From positions 70,060,001 through 70,124,000 of the forward strand of contig OX597817.1 of NCBI GenBank assembly GCA_951406725.2: a stretch of DNA of 64,000 nucleotides, written 5' to 3'. Under the pieces are notes generated by a model, which was given only the letters and a program-made list of their open reading frames with translations, was not told the DNA's origin and ran no database searches. This document shows, piece after piece, positions 23,421-36,975 of the stretch (its first letter is position 1; every line of letters begins with the position of its first letter). The position numbers were made by a program, and so were the translations under genes. This stretch comes from Octopus vulgaris. Taxonomy: Eukaryota.

Positions 23421-26251
23421 TCAAGAGTTTGGAAGAATTTAGTAAAATAACTTTTTTTTCCATTAAGATGGTTTTTGTTTGTTTGTTTTTGCTTTTACAT
23501 GATTTTTTTTACTACTTTACAGGGGCACCTATTAATCTCTGCTTCTTCACAAGCTTCGATTCTGGTGGAAAGAATGGAGAAAGTTACTCTCCATTTGGAC
23601 CTCATGCTTGTGACAGAACTAATTATGTTCTTAAACGAAACGACGGTTTAGTTTTATCACCATAGAGCCAGAACATTACCACAAAGCACAATCAACAGCT
23701 AGTTTTCTCTTAAATCATCCACTATCTGCTTTAAACTAGAAAACATATATTGTTTGACATTGTTCTAGATAAAAGTTTAAGAAAGATACGGGCTATTCAC
23801 TACTTGAATGCTTTTGGTCATTTGTTTCTTTAATGTTTATCTCCCTACCTTTTCTAACACTGTTATAATGGGCTTTAGGAATTCTACCTGTTCACCGGCT
23901 TGGATTATTACTTTATCCTATCGACCCCGAAAGGATGAAAGACAACAGTCAACCTAGGTGGGTTTTTAATTCAGAGTTCAGCAAGTAGAAACAAAGGGCT
24001 CGTAAAAGGTTCATTCTGCGCTCTATCAACTCTGCCACTTCTCAGCCTTACACTTAAACAAATTTTGCTGGCTATGAACTTGCTCTACATTATCTCCCAC
24101 CACAAACAGATAGTTTGTTACGGCCTTCGTGTTCTTCTGGAGACTATCAGACATTTTATGGTGTCAGAAACTTTATGGTGTTTTCAGTGAAAAACAAAAA
24201 AAAACATTGGTCTGAAAGAAATAAAATTTTAAAATTAGTTTTCAAAAGATAGCCTGTTAAAGATTCAATTCATTTTCTATAATCTACCAATCATTAGTAA
24301 GATTTTTCAATTCGTACAAGCGACCAAAAGATTTAACAGAAGAAAGAAAACATTTAGATTTTTGTTCCTATTATATTAAATTTTATTACTAAGGTATGCG
24401 ATATTTTTTTTAAGTTTGCCACGGTTTTCTTAATTTAAATGGAAACTAAACTCAAATAAATAAAATTATAAAAAGTTTAGATTTAGATACAATCACTTAA
24501 TAAGCCGGTGGTGTTGTATCAAAGAACCAGTAATATCAGGCGTGTTTTTTTCTTTGTTAACCCTTTGAGGGTTAACAAAGAAAAAGATGGCTATAAGTTT
24601 TTCGGGTCATTAACCTCATTTTAGTGCTGAAAGTCATCATTACATATCGATTGGCTTGTTCGATTAACAGAAAAAATTATAATCGTATTAACAATAGCTC
24701 ATCTCAGCCCTTTATACATTTAAATAAAAGAAGTATTCTGTTCAAAGAATATATATACATGATATTATATACCAATGCTATCTATACATAAAGTGTTGGT
24801 CAAAGAATTTATAGATATATTTTGAAGTACAGTATAGCATTAGCTAATGTAATCTTCGATACTATATAATGGACACAAGTGGAACATCCTTGATCACAGA
24901 TCTTCTCGTTGAAAGTGATTGGATGTTAAAAACGCAATAATGAGTAAATAAGCAAAAATAAGCAAGCTTGAATGAGATCGCTCAAACGCCTAGCAATTCC
25001 CCTCAACAACCTACTGCCTTAAAATGGGAAAATGCATTGGGTAACGTAATTGTAAATAAGATAGGACGACCATGGCTGGAATGCACTCGGTCATATATCT
25101 GTTCGATTACGATTGAAATGGAGCTCAACAGCGAACGAACGAGGTGGACTCTAAGGATCAACAAATCTATTAGAATTTACCAATCCAATTTGCTATATTA
25201 TGCCTTATCGTACTTAAAAAAGAAGTGCATATTGGTTAACGTATGAGATGGTCACGGATGGAATGTCTTATATATTTGTTCAGTCAGTGCTTATTTAGTG
25301 TTAGGGAAAACAGCAACAACAACGCCGAAAGTCATTCATTTTTGTGTGTAGATGAAATGCTTACGTAATATGGAGGAAATATGTACTTCAAGAATAAATC
25401 CTTTATTCAACATTGTCAAAATATTTTATGAGCATCTGGTTAGGTGTGATATATTTCCATGTACCTGAGTTTGTTTTTAATATCATAGTCGTATATTCAA
25501 TAACCAGAATACATTTGGTTTTTGTAGTTTACTACATGTATAGTTTGAATATATTACAAAACCACCAGAATGAAAAGCCTTCGTGTCGACACGAATCCAC
25601 AGAGAAGTAAATAATATAATGTACATCAGAGAAGTTAAACTACGTCACAAGCATATTTGAACTAACCTAAAGATTTTTTTTTACTTACCAACACTGCTTC
25701 GCGCTAATACTTACGTATTTGTTCAGACGAGGCAGTTTACGAATGCAAATCACTCACTAACATTGATTATTATAAAGATACGACTTTCTATCAGCTCACA
25801 GCTACCTCTGTTTGGTATACTCAACTGAAACGGCAAAACAAACCATATAGGCATCAAGAGATCCGTAGAGATTGCGTGTCATTAAGCTGATAATGGTGTA
25901 TGTACACATTTTACTATAGGTGAGGATGTTTTACCATGGTAAACGGCAATGAAATTGCCCTCAGAAATTAAAATATGTCACAAATATATTTGAGCTAATC
26001 TAAAGTTTATATAATAAATAAATGAGAAGAATAATTATATAAGCTTTACTATATAATTATAGCGATTATACACGTAAAATAAACTATCAAATTTACCAAA
26101 ATATTAGGTAACATCAACGCGATTTTATTTGGTATAATTTCATTCTGAAGCTGAAACCAGAAATGCCTTGAAACGTTAATGGAATATTAGATATAGGAAT
26201 GCTCTTGTTTCAAACTAAACTGAAATGAAACAGGAATAATATGTGTGTGTG

Positions 26252-26363
<112 letters not shown>

Positions 26364-26373
26364 ATATACACAC

Positions 26374-26564
26374 ACGTAGGAGTGCTGAAAAGTTCCTGGC
26401 TTTAAAGGTGTCGTGAAAGGCCTGGTTGGAGGTCTAACCTTCCGTGTTCTTTTACAGGGCTTAGAAAAACCAAATCTAGGAGGGGAATATGTTGAATAAA
26501 ATCATAATTAACTGATCCTCTTATATTTCCTTTTACCCAAAGCCAGGATCTTTTCAGCATACGT
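26374..26564. mobile_element. Mariner-derived MITE
   Basis: TIRs TGCTGAAAAGTTCCTGGCTTT / AAAGCCAGGATCTTTTCAGCA; residual GEYVE* transposase end (GGGGAATATGTTGAATAA). Confidence 0.7.
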
Positions 26565-27895
26565 GTATGTATATGTATGTGTGCTTGTGTGTGTGTGCGT
26601 GTGTGTGTGTATCTGATCTTTTTCTAGGCATGACCTTCAACCCAACTGCTGCTAAGAATATACATATACATTTAGAAATGAATCTAAACAAAGCTATTGT
26701 CTAGCAGTCTACCGCGGTCACTAACCGAAGCAACAAACATTTTCAGATAAATTCTTTCCTTTCTTTTCAAATGCAGTTTGTATTAACACGAAATGTATTT
26801 TAACACAGCGTTTTATGTTTTTATCTTTATTCTTCCTCTGCATTTGACATTTTGACATCTACTTCTCTTTGATTTCAAACAAGGTTCCAAAGCTGCCGAA
26901 ACCACTTGAGACATTTCTACAGTGTACAGAAACGGAGTTATTGCTGAGAGAATTGTAGGAGTACAATTAGTAATATTTACTGCATTTTTCACTTTGGGAA
27001 GAATTATATTGTTTGATAAATGCTACCTACTTCACAAAAACTATATCAGTTAAGCAACATACATTAAAGCACTATTACATATTATTCGAAACGCCTTTCA
27101 GAAAATTATCTCCAATCTCTTTGAGCATGCAAAAGACAAATTCAGGCGGGGCAAACTAAGTTAGACAAAGAAAGGTAAATTTTTCTCTTCCTTTCTCTAG
27201 AATTACATTCGAAAAAAAGACTCATACACATCAATGTCTGTCTTTAGACATCAGAAAGATCAGAAATGCCACAAAAATCTAAAATATCTAGTTCAAATCA
27301 AAGAAGAACATGGCAAAATGGCACGTGATATGAAAAAAACAAAACTCAACTAAATCTAAAAATTCAGCATAAAATATTCTCTATAGTTAATTCACGATCT
27401 GATGGAGTGACTTTTTTTTTCCTGATAGACTTACACACCATACAATTAAACAGAAAAAATTATTGAAATTAGTCATTACTCATTTTACCCCAATTTAGAC
27501 ATCACTTTTCAAAAATTGAAAAATTATCAAATTAGACATTAATGTAGCAAAAAATTGACTCAGAATCCAATAGAACAAATAATTTTGATTGTTAAACTTT
27601 AAAAAAATTATCCTGATATTTTATTAGCAACCTCAATTACAATCGGGTCAAAACTAAGAAAAAAATTTCTTGAAAAAAAAGTACCTGTCACCTATATTTC
27701 AAACTTTCAATTTCAACAAGTAGAGAAATGTCTCAAGGATGCTCTCATGATACCGTCACCGTTACCTTCCCTCCATGGGTAAGGTTCAAAACTAGGTGCA
27801 TGGGTGCCACTCACTCGGAACGAAAGAGGCAAACTCCAATGCTCTTCTTTCGTCGTCAGTTTGCTCGCTCGATGCCAAGCTACTCATAGGAATTA

Positions 27896-28141
27896 CAGTA
27901 ATCCATCACTATATCGCGGTTCACGTATCACAGTTCACGTATCGCGGTTCACCCACCGCGGTTTATTATTTAAGCTTACGTCGACTCCTCCGTGGTGTTG
28001 TTTTGCATTTATAATAAAATAGTTATATACAAATTATATAAATAATTAAGAAATATGTACAGTACTGTTTCTACTTCGCGGAGTTTCACCTATCGCGATG
28101 GGTTTTAAAACGTAACACCCGCGATAGTCGAGGTATTACTG
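27896..28141. mobile_element. Tc1/Tigger-like MITE
   Basis: TA|CAGTAATCCATCACTATATCGCGG ... CCGCGATAGTCGAGGTATTACTG; internal TATCGCGGTTCAC repeats. Confidence 0.7.
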
Positions 28142-28228
28142 CATAGTCAGCACAGATTTTGTTACACCGTTTCATATCCGAGACGTCAGATATAAACAAA
28201 CAATGGAATCGAAGATGAAAAACTGGGT

Positions 28229-28281
28229 AATGGAAGTATATGCTGTTTTCGCGGGGTTTTGTTCTTTCATCAGCACCCATC
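28229..28281 (-). ncRNA. Hammerhead-like motif (degenerate)
   Basis: Minus strand GATGGGTG-CTGATGA-aagaacaaaaccccgc-GAAA-acagcata-TA-CTTCCATT. Confidence 0.4.
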
Positions 28282-28569
28282 TAACCCATTAATCATCCAC
28301 GAATTCATTTCTTAAATAGCCACTACACACAGCGTTACTGGATTTACCAATTTGCATATTAAACACATTCCTGGAAGCTGGTACGTAAATACTAATGACT
28401 TGTGATACACGGTATTTCGTTATGCAAACATGATATGCTACAACGTACATTAAACGGGTCTTTTTTTTTTACATAAGTCCCTACCGTGTACTACTGTGTT
28501 AGCAGTGCACTTAAATCACGTGCTAAGGTCATCTCTATAGATTCTCATCGTGGATAATAAATGGGTTAG

Positions 28570-28620
28570 GTGAGAGCTGATGAAGGAGCAAAAACTCCCG
28601 AAATATGGCATATACATTCG
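28570..28620 (+). ncRNA. Type I hammerhead-like motif
   Basis: CTGATGA(28577-83)-A-GGAG-caaaaa-CTCC-C-GAAA-TATG-g-CATA-TA; imperfect stem I GAGAG/CATTC. Confidence 0.5.
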
Positions 28621-28876
28621 TTTTTTTTCATCTACGGTCTCATTGCTTGTATACACTTGAAGCCTCGGATACGAAACGTCCTAATAAAATCATTGCTGGC
28701 TATAATTTCAGTTGAGAATCTGTAGAGATGACCTTATTACGTCATTAAAGTTCACTGCTAACACGGTAGAACAGGTTATTGACTTATAAAAAAAAAGTTT
28801 AAGATACTTGGCAGCATATTATGGTTGCATAACGAAATACCGTGTGCCTACAAGTCAAGAATATACATATGTGTGT

Positions 28877-28918
<42 letters not shown>

Positions 28919-28919
28919 C

Positions 28920-28969
<50 letters not shown>

Positions 28970-29061
28970 ATGTATATGTATGCATATATATATATATCTG
29001 TGTCTTTGTGTATGTGCGTGTATGCGTGTGTGTGCACGTGTGTATTAAAGTAAATGAATAA

Positions 29062-29280
29062 CAAAAGAACAGGAAATTATGCAATGAACATTATTAGCTT
29101 ACGGCTGTTTCTGCTATAGTGATGCAGTGCACGCACAGCTTGCATCCCCTTATAGCTTTCTCGGAGTTCCGAGGAGCCTATTAGGGAGTCCCAAATACTC
29201 AGCTCTGAGCGCACTGCATTCCTATAGCAGAAACATCTGTAAGTCAAATGGTGTCCATTGCGTAATTCCCTGTTCCTTTG
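29062..29280. repeat. ~220-bp imperfect fold-back palindrome (MITE-like)
   Basis: Arms of ~80 bp (e.g. TGTTTCTGCTATAG / CTATAGCAGAAACA) plus inner stem CTCGGA-gt-TCCGAG. Confidence 0.8.
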
Positions 29281-29432
29281 GAATTGATTTTGCTTCATAT
29301 TTACGTTATGTACTCAACTAACTTTTTTATTCTGAAGCATATGTCTATTGTGTTCTAAAACCAGGTTAATAACCATGGCTATCGCTAAGTGAAACATCAA
29401 TATATGTATATATGTGTCTTTGTATACATATA

Positions 29433-29758
29433 ATAATAATAATAATAATGTTCGTCCTTCGGTTCGAAGATGACCAACTGACATCATCTGATGGAACTGC
29501 CGCCATGAGACCTGAGGTGGCTGGTGAGGCCAATCCGGGCAAGGAAGCCCCTCCCACAGGTGGGGCAGAAGTGGGTATGGGCCGTGCTACTGGTGCAGGT
29601 GGCTCTGGCTTTACGCATCTGACGTTTCTGCTCCGCTGACCGAATCCGTCCTTCCTCGGCTGTCCCTGCTCCCACGGTGATTGCGCTGCGCCAGGATGAG
29701 CGGTTGGCAGCAAGTATCTCCCAGGTCTCTGTTCCGATGGAGAAGTCTTTGAGAGAGA
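29433..29758 (-). mobile_element. RTE-clade LINE 3' end
   Basis: ORF 29484-: WEILAANRSSWRSAI...CPTCGRGFLARIGLTSHLRSH (RTE C-terminus with C2H2 finger), short 3' UTR, (ATT)n tail, possible TSD TGTATACATATA. Confidence 0.88.
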
Positions 29759-30151
29759 TATGTGTATACATATATGTGTATGTGTATACATATACACATA
29801 TATACATACATATATATGTATATGTATATATATGTGTGTGTGCATGTATACATGTCTTTATACACAGCATATAGATACAAATATGTGTGCTTGTACGGGG
29901 ATGGATGTGAGTATCTATGTGTTTTTACAAGCGTATATACACGTCTGTTTGTTATTTAAATTATCGCTACTCCGTTTAATCTATAAATCTGATTTCTAAA
30001 GGTGAAGTAAAGTATAATTTATTTCTCCAAACCGTTTACAGTTTTATTGTTAGGTTAACATGTTTAGGTAAGCAGTCTCTGGCGACACACACTCACACAC
30101 ATATGTGTATATGCATGTATTATGTATATGTATATATATATATGTTTGTAT

Positions 30152-30198
<47 letters not shown>

Positions 30199-30295
30199 TA
30201 TATATATGCATACATACATCTATACATTTAAATATACATTCACACGCGCATATATAGATTATAAATATATATATGTAGATATATATATGCATATG

Positions 30296-30344
<49 letters not shown>

Positions 30345-30430
30345 TACTTATTTATAAATATAATTATATATATGTATATATGGTTATACATATATATATG
30401 TGTATGTATGTACGTATGAGTATGTGTGTG

Positions 30431-30497
<67 letters not shown>

Positions 30498-30963
30498 CTG
30501 TGTGTAGTAAATAATTGGATCTTTTGTGCTAGGCAGATATCAGATAGATTAAAGGAATAATAGGAAAATATAGTTGAAAAACACTTAGTGAATCCGCCAG
30601 AGACTTTTAGTCTGAAGCAAACAATAAAGCCTAAATCAAACAATAATTACGCTGAATAAGAGAGTTAATTGCTTGATCTTCAGTGACCAGAGGTATCGAT
30701 CCAAGGGTAACTGTCCCTGTTAACGTTAGAGCGGAGGAGAAACATCAGTTATATCGTTTACGACGATCGCAAAACTTTTAGGGTGATTTAAAATAATTGA
30801 CCATTCATATGAGCCAAACAGAGGAAGAAAATCCCAAAGAAATGCGGTTAAGTATTTTGTTCGAAGCACTCACCATTTCGGCAATTAACTAGGTTTTACC
30901 TAGCAAATAATGCAATAATGAGTAATGACTAATGCACTAAAATGATTCAGTGGCATCATATTT

Positions 30964-31090
30964 GGTGAAAGTAAGGAATCTCCCTGAGAGTGTTTGACTT
31001 GCAAGAAATAGCAGCCAAACTTCTCTACTCTCAGATCATGTTGACTTTAAAACGTAGGGCATGATAATGCAGCCACAAGTACACCAGTCA
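30964..31090 (+). repeat. Dispersed old repeat (family D, GAAATAGCAGCCAAA motif)
   Basis: Homologous to 32739-33200; related motifs near 20760(-), 31310, 36030, 36410, 51825. Confidence 0.55.
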
Positions 31091-31576
31091 GTGGTGCTTT
31101 TCAATTTAATTAGAGTACTTTGTATAGATACCATCATTAGTCAAACAGCAAGGGTGTTTTACTTTCCCCAGATATAATTGCATTTTAACAACTCAGACCT
31201 CTGCGCGAAGGACTTAGTAAACAGGATGCCGAAGGATAGACGAAGATGAGAGTTTGCTAAATAACCCATCATCTTTTTTAAACCAACGTTAGGAATCTGT
31301 GTGCGGTCATTTGATCGAATAGGATGGCAGCCTAATCTCCCTCAAATCTTAAAAAAAAGGAATGCCATATTGGTTAACGTAGTCATAGCCATATCGAATT
31401 ACGTAGTTACAGATATACTATGTTTTAATAAAAGAGTGGATGATCATGCCTGGAACATCTTTATTGTAGGCCTTTTAAATTAAGGTTGAGCTGTGATTCA
31501 ATAACAGCATCGGCTATTATGACCCCTTTTTTATATTACCTCTAAACGACGGTAAATATATTCAACCATTACAATG

Positions 31577-31790
31577 ATTTCAAAATTTGGCACAAGGCCA
31601 GTAGTTTCGGGATAGGGCTAAGTCTATTAGAGCGATCCCAGTGCTCGACTGGCACTTATTTTATTGAACTCCGGATAGTATGAAAGGCATAGTCAACTCC
31701 GGTGGCATTTGAACCCAGAACGTAAAGGCGGACATAATGCCGCTAAGCATTTTGTCCGTTGTGTTAACGATTCTGTCAGCTCGCTGCCTT
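31577..31790 (-). mobile_element. Family B SINE with 13-bp TSD (1 mismatch)
   Basis: Nin domain; TTCAACCATTACA (31561) / TTCAGCCATTACA (31792). Confidence 0.75.
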
Positions 31791-31983
31791 TTTCAGCCAT
31801 TACATTAAATGAAATAACTAGCCATAGCTATGACCCAAAAACAGCATCGGTCACCATAAATCTGTTTATAAAATACGACGGGAAGCACGTTCAACTATGA
31901 CATTTAATAAAATATTTATGCCACTCCCACACTGGTATACGCACCTCCACACACACATACACACACACACACACACTCAAACA

Positions 31984-32045
<62 letters not shown>

Positions 32046-32486
32046 CATACGCACACATACGTGTACAGAATACAGAATATAGTACATGCAACACATCTAT
32101 AGCAATCACACTACATATTAGTATATGAAGGTGGGCCCACGTTATTGGACATTATGATTTCAGTTGTTCGGTCAACTGAATTACTTGTTCCTGAATTAAC
32201 GTGTAAGTGGCTGAGTATTCCACTGATGCATGCAAACGTAATTCTTGGGCGCAGAATCAGCACAACACAGTGTGTGACAAGGCTGTATTTTTTTAATCAG
32301 AAGTCAAATCCGCCCAACAGTCTTCTAAGCAATTGCTGTCGACACACGAGTTATGGATACATCCGAGGCTATAGAAAAATGACACTTGACTAAATTACCA
32401 CACTGAGAAAGTCATGTTGCAGAATCAACTTCTTAGCAATTCGGCCAAAGTGCACTGATATACAGGATGTACATAGGAAATAATTC

Positions 32487-32677
32487 TGTCTAATTTTGGT
32501 ACAAGAACAGCAATTTTAACCCCAGTACTTACCTGGTACATTATTTTATTGACTCTGAAAGGATGAAAGGCTAGGTTGACTTTGGTGGAATTTGAACTTA
32601 GAACGGAAAAATCCGGAAGAAATGCCGCCTAAGCATTTTGAGCAAAACGCTCGCCATTTTGCCAACTAACCAGCTTT
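32487..32677 (-). mobile_element. Family B SINE with 15-bp TSD (1 mismatch)
   Basis: GAAAGGATGAAAGGC; TACATAGGAAATAAT (32470) / TACATAGTAAATAAT (32678). Confidence 0.7.
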
Positions 32678-32822
32678 TACATAGTAAATAATATAGAAAC
32701 TTACAAAAGCCCTGAAAGGATTAAGTGAAGTCACACTTGGTGAAAGTAAAGAATCTCCATAAGATTGTTTGACTTGCAAAAAATAGCAGCCAAATTTCTC
32801 TACTCTTAAACCATATTGTCTT

Positions 32823-33151
32823 AAATTTCCCAGACCGGGCGTTGTGAGTGTTTATTCAGCGAAAACACCTAAAGCTCCACGAGGCTCCGGCAGGGATGGT
32901 GGTGATCCCTGCTGTACTCTTTCACACACAACTTTCTCTCACTCTTACTTCCTGTTTCTGTTGTACCTGTATTTCAAAGGGCCGGCCTTGTCACTCTCTG
33001 TGTCACGCTGAATATCCCCGAGAACTACGTTAAGGGTACACGTGTCTGTGGAGTGCTTAGCCACTTACACGTTAATTTCACGAGCAGGCTGTTCTGTTGA
33101 TCGGATCAACCGGAACCCTCGTCGTCGTAATCGACGGAGTGCTTCCATCCC
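32823..33151 (+). mobile_element. Short interspersed element (family C) inserted in a family D repeat
   Basis: ATTGTCTT on both sides; empty-site paralogue at 30964-31090; decayed inverted copies at ~32140-32290 and ~51110-51230. Confidence 0.6.
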
Positions 33152-34059
33152 ATTGTCTTGAAAATATAGGCCATGATAATGTAGCCGTAAGTACAACAGT
33201 AATTTCCCCTTTTTGCCTTGTAATGGTGTCTCTATGTCGGTGTTTCTTAATCTGGATGATATTGCCCCTTTCGCGACTTTGTGTGATCACAACAGAGCTG
33301 TAGACGTCACCAAGGGCTTAGAACGGGGTGCATGCTTATCTCAGAAATAAAATATTTATGCTAGATACAATACTTACGGTTTAAACAGATTTTCAATAAA
33401 ATAAAATAACATTTATCGTGATTAAACCATGCATCGGACATTGTTAGCAGTAAACAGAAAATATTGCTGATGGTACGCCAAAGTCCAATAGTATTTCATT
33501 ATATAAGACCTTATTTTGTACCATAAAAATTTAGCACATGTTGCAGTAGCCCACGCAAATATCTCTGAAGAAGCACCAGCTGGATGGAACAGTGTATTAA
33601 AATCTGGGCAATAAATGAGCTTTTCGTTTTTGTATTTGGTTTGCAAGATTTTTTATGTGAATTCGTGTGTTGAAGCGTATTTTATAGTCTAGGGTGGGTC
33701 ATTCTATTTTAGTGTCATATTATAGATACATAGGTAATAAGGTCAGATGGGCACACACACACACACGCACACGCACATACACACATACATACATGCTTGC
33801 ATACATACATATATACATATAAGTGAAGACTGAAACACATGACAATATACACGTAGGCACACTTCACTCAAGGATACATATGGAGACACGCATCCATACA
33901 TAACAGACAAACACACAAAATCACACAAACACATACATAGACACACGCAAACATGCAGACACAAGGAGACAGATGTGCACGCACATTAATGAGATGAGAT
34001 GAATGATGAACAGTTTGGTATTAATGAGAGAAGACAAAAGACGCCCGCCGATCTTTGCT

Positions 34060-35580
34060 TCTCTGAAACGTTGTTCTGTTGTGAACTTACAATTTGAGGC
34101 AATAAACCTCTTACCAATATTTCTTTTGGACTGAAGGTCCTTACAATGAGGCACTAAGCATCTTACTCCACTTGAAATGAGGTACTTGGCCTCTTACAAT
34201 TTTCTTCTTATGGGTCATATGCCCTTACAATGTGAATTACTCATATTCTTACTTTTACAACATACCGCCCTACCGGCACCCGACTCGTCACGAAGTGTCA
34301 CTCAGGCACTCCGATAGTGCCAGATCAGGGTACCTCGATCGGAAGCGGAATACATCCGCAGGGAAGGAGTCCATTTAAGGTTATGTCTCCTCCCCTGGCA
34401 AGCTTTTTAAAAAGCTTTCGCATCGCCTCTCACTTTCCGGAGAACACTAAATATTGTTTCTCCATTGGGTCGGGGCTACACCTTCCTCTGTTGGTGGCAC
34501 AATGACCACCGAAGGGGCTTCAGAACATGCCGGCAGTGTATTAACCGCCGGCACTGTCCCTTTTTTCTTGTTTTTCTCTCCTTTGCTACAGGAGGGTGTG
34601 GTTCCTCTGCTTTAACCGGAGGATCTTCCCTGGTTCCCGCAGCCTCGGGGCCTTTCGGTGGGCAACCATTGTTGCTCACTTTCCTTTTTTCCTCTTTTTT
34701 TTTGGGGGGGGTCTTTACTACCTCCGTCTCTCCCTCCGAATGAAGAATTGGGGGTTCTTCCATCACTAGCTGTTCCAGGACCGTACCTTGATCCTTGGGG
34801 CAGTTCTTTTTAATAGGGCCTGGTTCCAGGTACAGGTGACACTTGAGTGGGGGCGTCTCTCAAGAATCACTGGATAGCGAGAACCGACCATTTTCAAAAA
34901 GTTTGGAAAAACCAGATTCTTGGTTGATTGGGTCCACAGGGTCAAAACCGCTTTAGACCCCACCCAATCAACCACCGGTAAAATCTTGACTTTGAGGAAC
35001 ATGGCTCCGCTGCCACCCAGACCCCGGCGGATAGTTTCTTCTATCCACTCGGGTTCTATTCCGAGTGGCAAACCGCAGACCCAAGCCCTTGTCAACTTCC
35101 TCCCACAATACGTGGGAAGAAACAGTATTTCTTCGCCTTCTAAGGGCTGACTTGCAAAATTGCGAGCCTCTTCAGAGCAAACTTCTTACCACATGTCCAT
35201 GCCTGCGCTTATGTCTATGAATTGAATGTCTTTGATCATGCTTGACCTGAGGTTAAAAAAGTCACACTTTTAATACAAAGTATTCAAGAATTTCTTCAAA
35301 TTTATCACTCTGCCTCTTCTACCATTATGGTCTTCACTTCTTGGAGATGAGTGGGCTTATGGTATTCCCATCCCATTCTTTCCTCCTCCGTTTATCATCC
35401 TTATCGTGGTTAACTCCCTAGGTCTCACACTAATCATTATGCCTTTATCTCCAAGACGCCCCTTGAATTCCCACTTTGCTTATATCTTTCCCGCAAGTGT
35501 TGGCTTAGAATAGTTCTAGAAGTATATAATAGCAGCATTCTCGCTAGCCGACGAAGTTGTGTAGAGATTGTGGACGCTGC
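34060..35580 (-). mobile_element. Tx1/L1-like ORF1-only retroelement remnant
   Basis: TRAWVCGLPLGIEPEWI (RRM-like) ...YPVILERRP, then after a frameshift KCHLYLEPGPIKKNCP (degenerate Cx2Cx4Hx4C), Lys/Glu/Pro-rich tail; no RT. Confidence 0.55.
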
Positions 35581-36114
35581 CCCATCTTTCAGAACGAGCA
35601 ATTAATTAAAAAAATATGGTTTATTTAGTAATTATTTACAAGATTAGAAAACTCACAATTTTCATGAAGATCAAATAATTCTGATCAAAGTTACAAACAG
35701 TTTTATTCAGAAATTTGCAATTTCAAAATTTTGTAAAACTGCCCAAAAACAATCCGACAATTCAAGATAAAATAAAAAGTTGACCATTGTGCTACGTCAC
35801 CAGTTGTCTCACACCACGTGATTTTCCTTTTGTTTATAGATCGCAGCTCGTAAGCTGCAAGCATTTGTTGCTATAATGTTGCAATGTAAATGCATAGATA
35901 ATTTGGCAATAAACTACTGCCTTTTCAGGATGTCTCAGCTGTTGCAGAATTTCTGAACCTGTGCATGTTAACGTTTACAAAATATATACGAGCTAACGAG
36001 GAAGCCTCTATATAGTCATTCAAACTGTTAGAAATAATAGCAGAATATTTCTCGTATCATACCTGTCTTTAAAAAAACCCCACATATTTAAGAGATGAGG
36101 AATTATGTACATTA

Positions 36115-36216
36115 TTTACATTATTTACATTTGACGGATATTTGTCCTCATCTTGTTTGTTGTGAGCACAACAAACAAGATAAGGGCAAATATCCGTCAA
36201 ATGTAAATAATGTAAA
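36115..36216. repeat. Near-perfect palindrome, 50-bp arms, 2-nt loop
   Basis: 36115-36164 vs 36167-36216, two mismatches. Confidence 0.92.
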
Positions 36217-36867
36217 AAAAAAACACATTAGATAGTTTAGTGTGGGTTACACTGAATCCGAGTAAAAGACGGATCATGGCTAGAATCTCTTTGAACGATA
36301 GGTTTGTTTAATCATAACTTACCTGGGAATAAACAACATTTATACACTCACATAAACACTTGCCTGTCCGGTTTAACAACGGAAGGGTCAATACTATAGT
36401 TGGCCGACTAGCAAGAAACAGCAGTCAAATCTCCCTCAATTATAATCTACTGTCTTAGAAAAGAAGAAGCACAACAGAAAATGTAGTCCCGGTTAGAGAA
36501 TACCCGCTGTACGGACGGGATGATCATGGCTGGAATACCTTTAACTGTAAGTCTACTGTATCAAGGACGACGAAAAGTGGGATGAAGTTAAGCAACTGAA
36601 TGAGTAGGTTCTCGGGTGCCTTCAGCAGTGCCCACTTTGTGAAATGAATTTGAACCAAACTCGTGGTCACCTCTTTGTTTATGCATTTTGTCATTCACAA
36701 GACACTAGCATAAAAATGTTCAGGCTGAACATCGGCCATATCAATATCTTGCCTGTTTCGGAGGGAAAACCTGAAAAGTTCATATATATAAGCGTTGCTT
36801 TCTTCTTTTGTTGGACTTATAAAATACATACATATACAATCTGAACGAATATGCGCGCGCACACATA

Positions 36868-36909
<42 letters not shown>

Positions 36910-36975
36910 TGGACACACATGCAGAAATGAGAATGATGAAAGTGCTCATAACATGTCTAAGTTTCAATCGATTTT

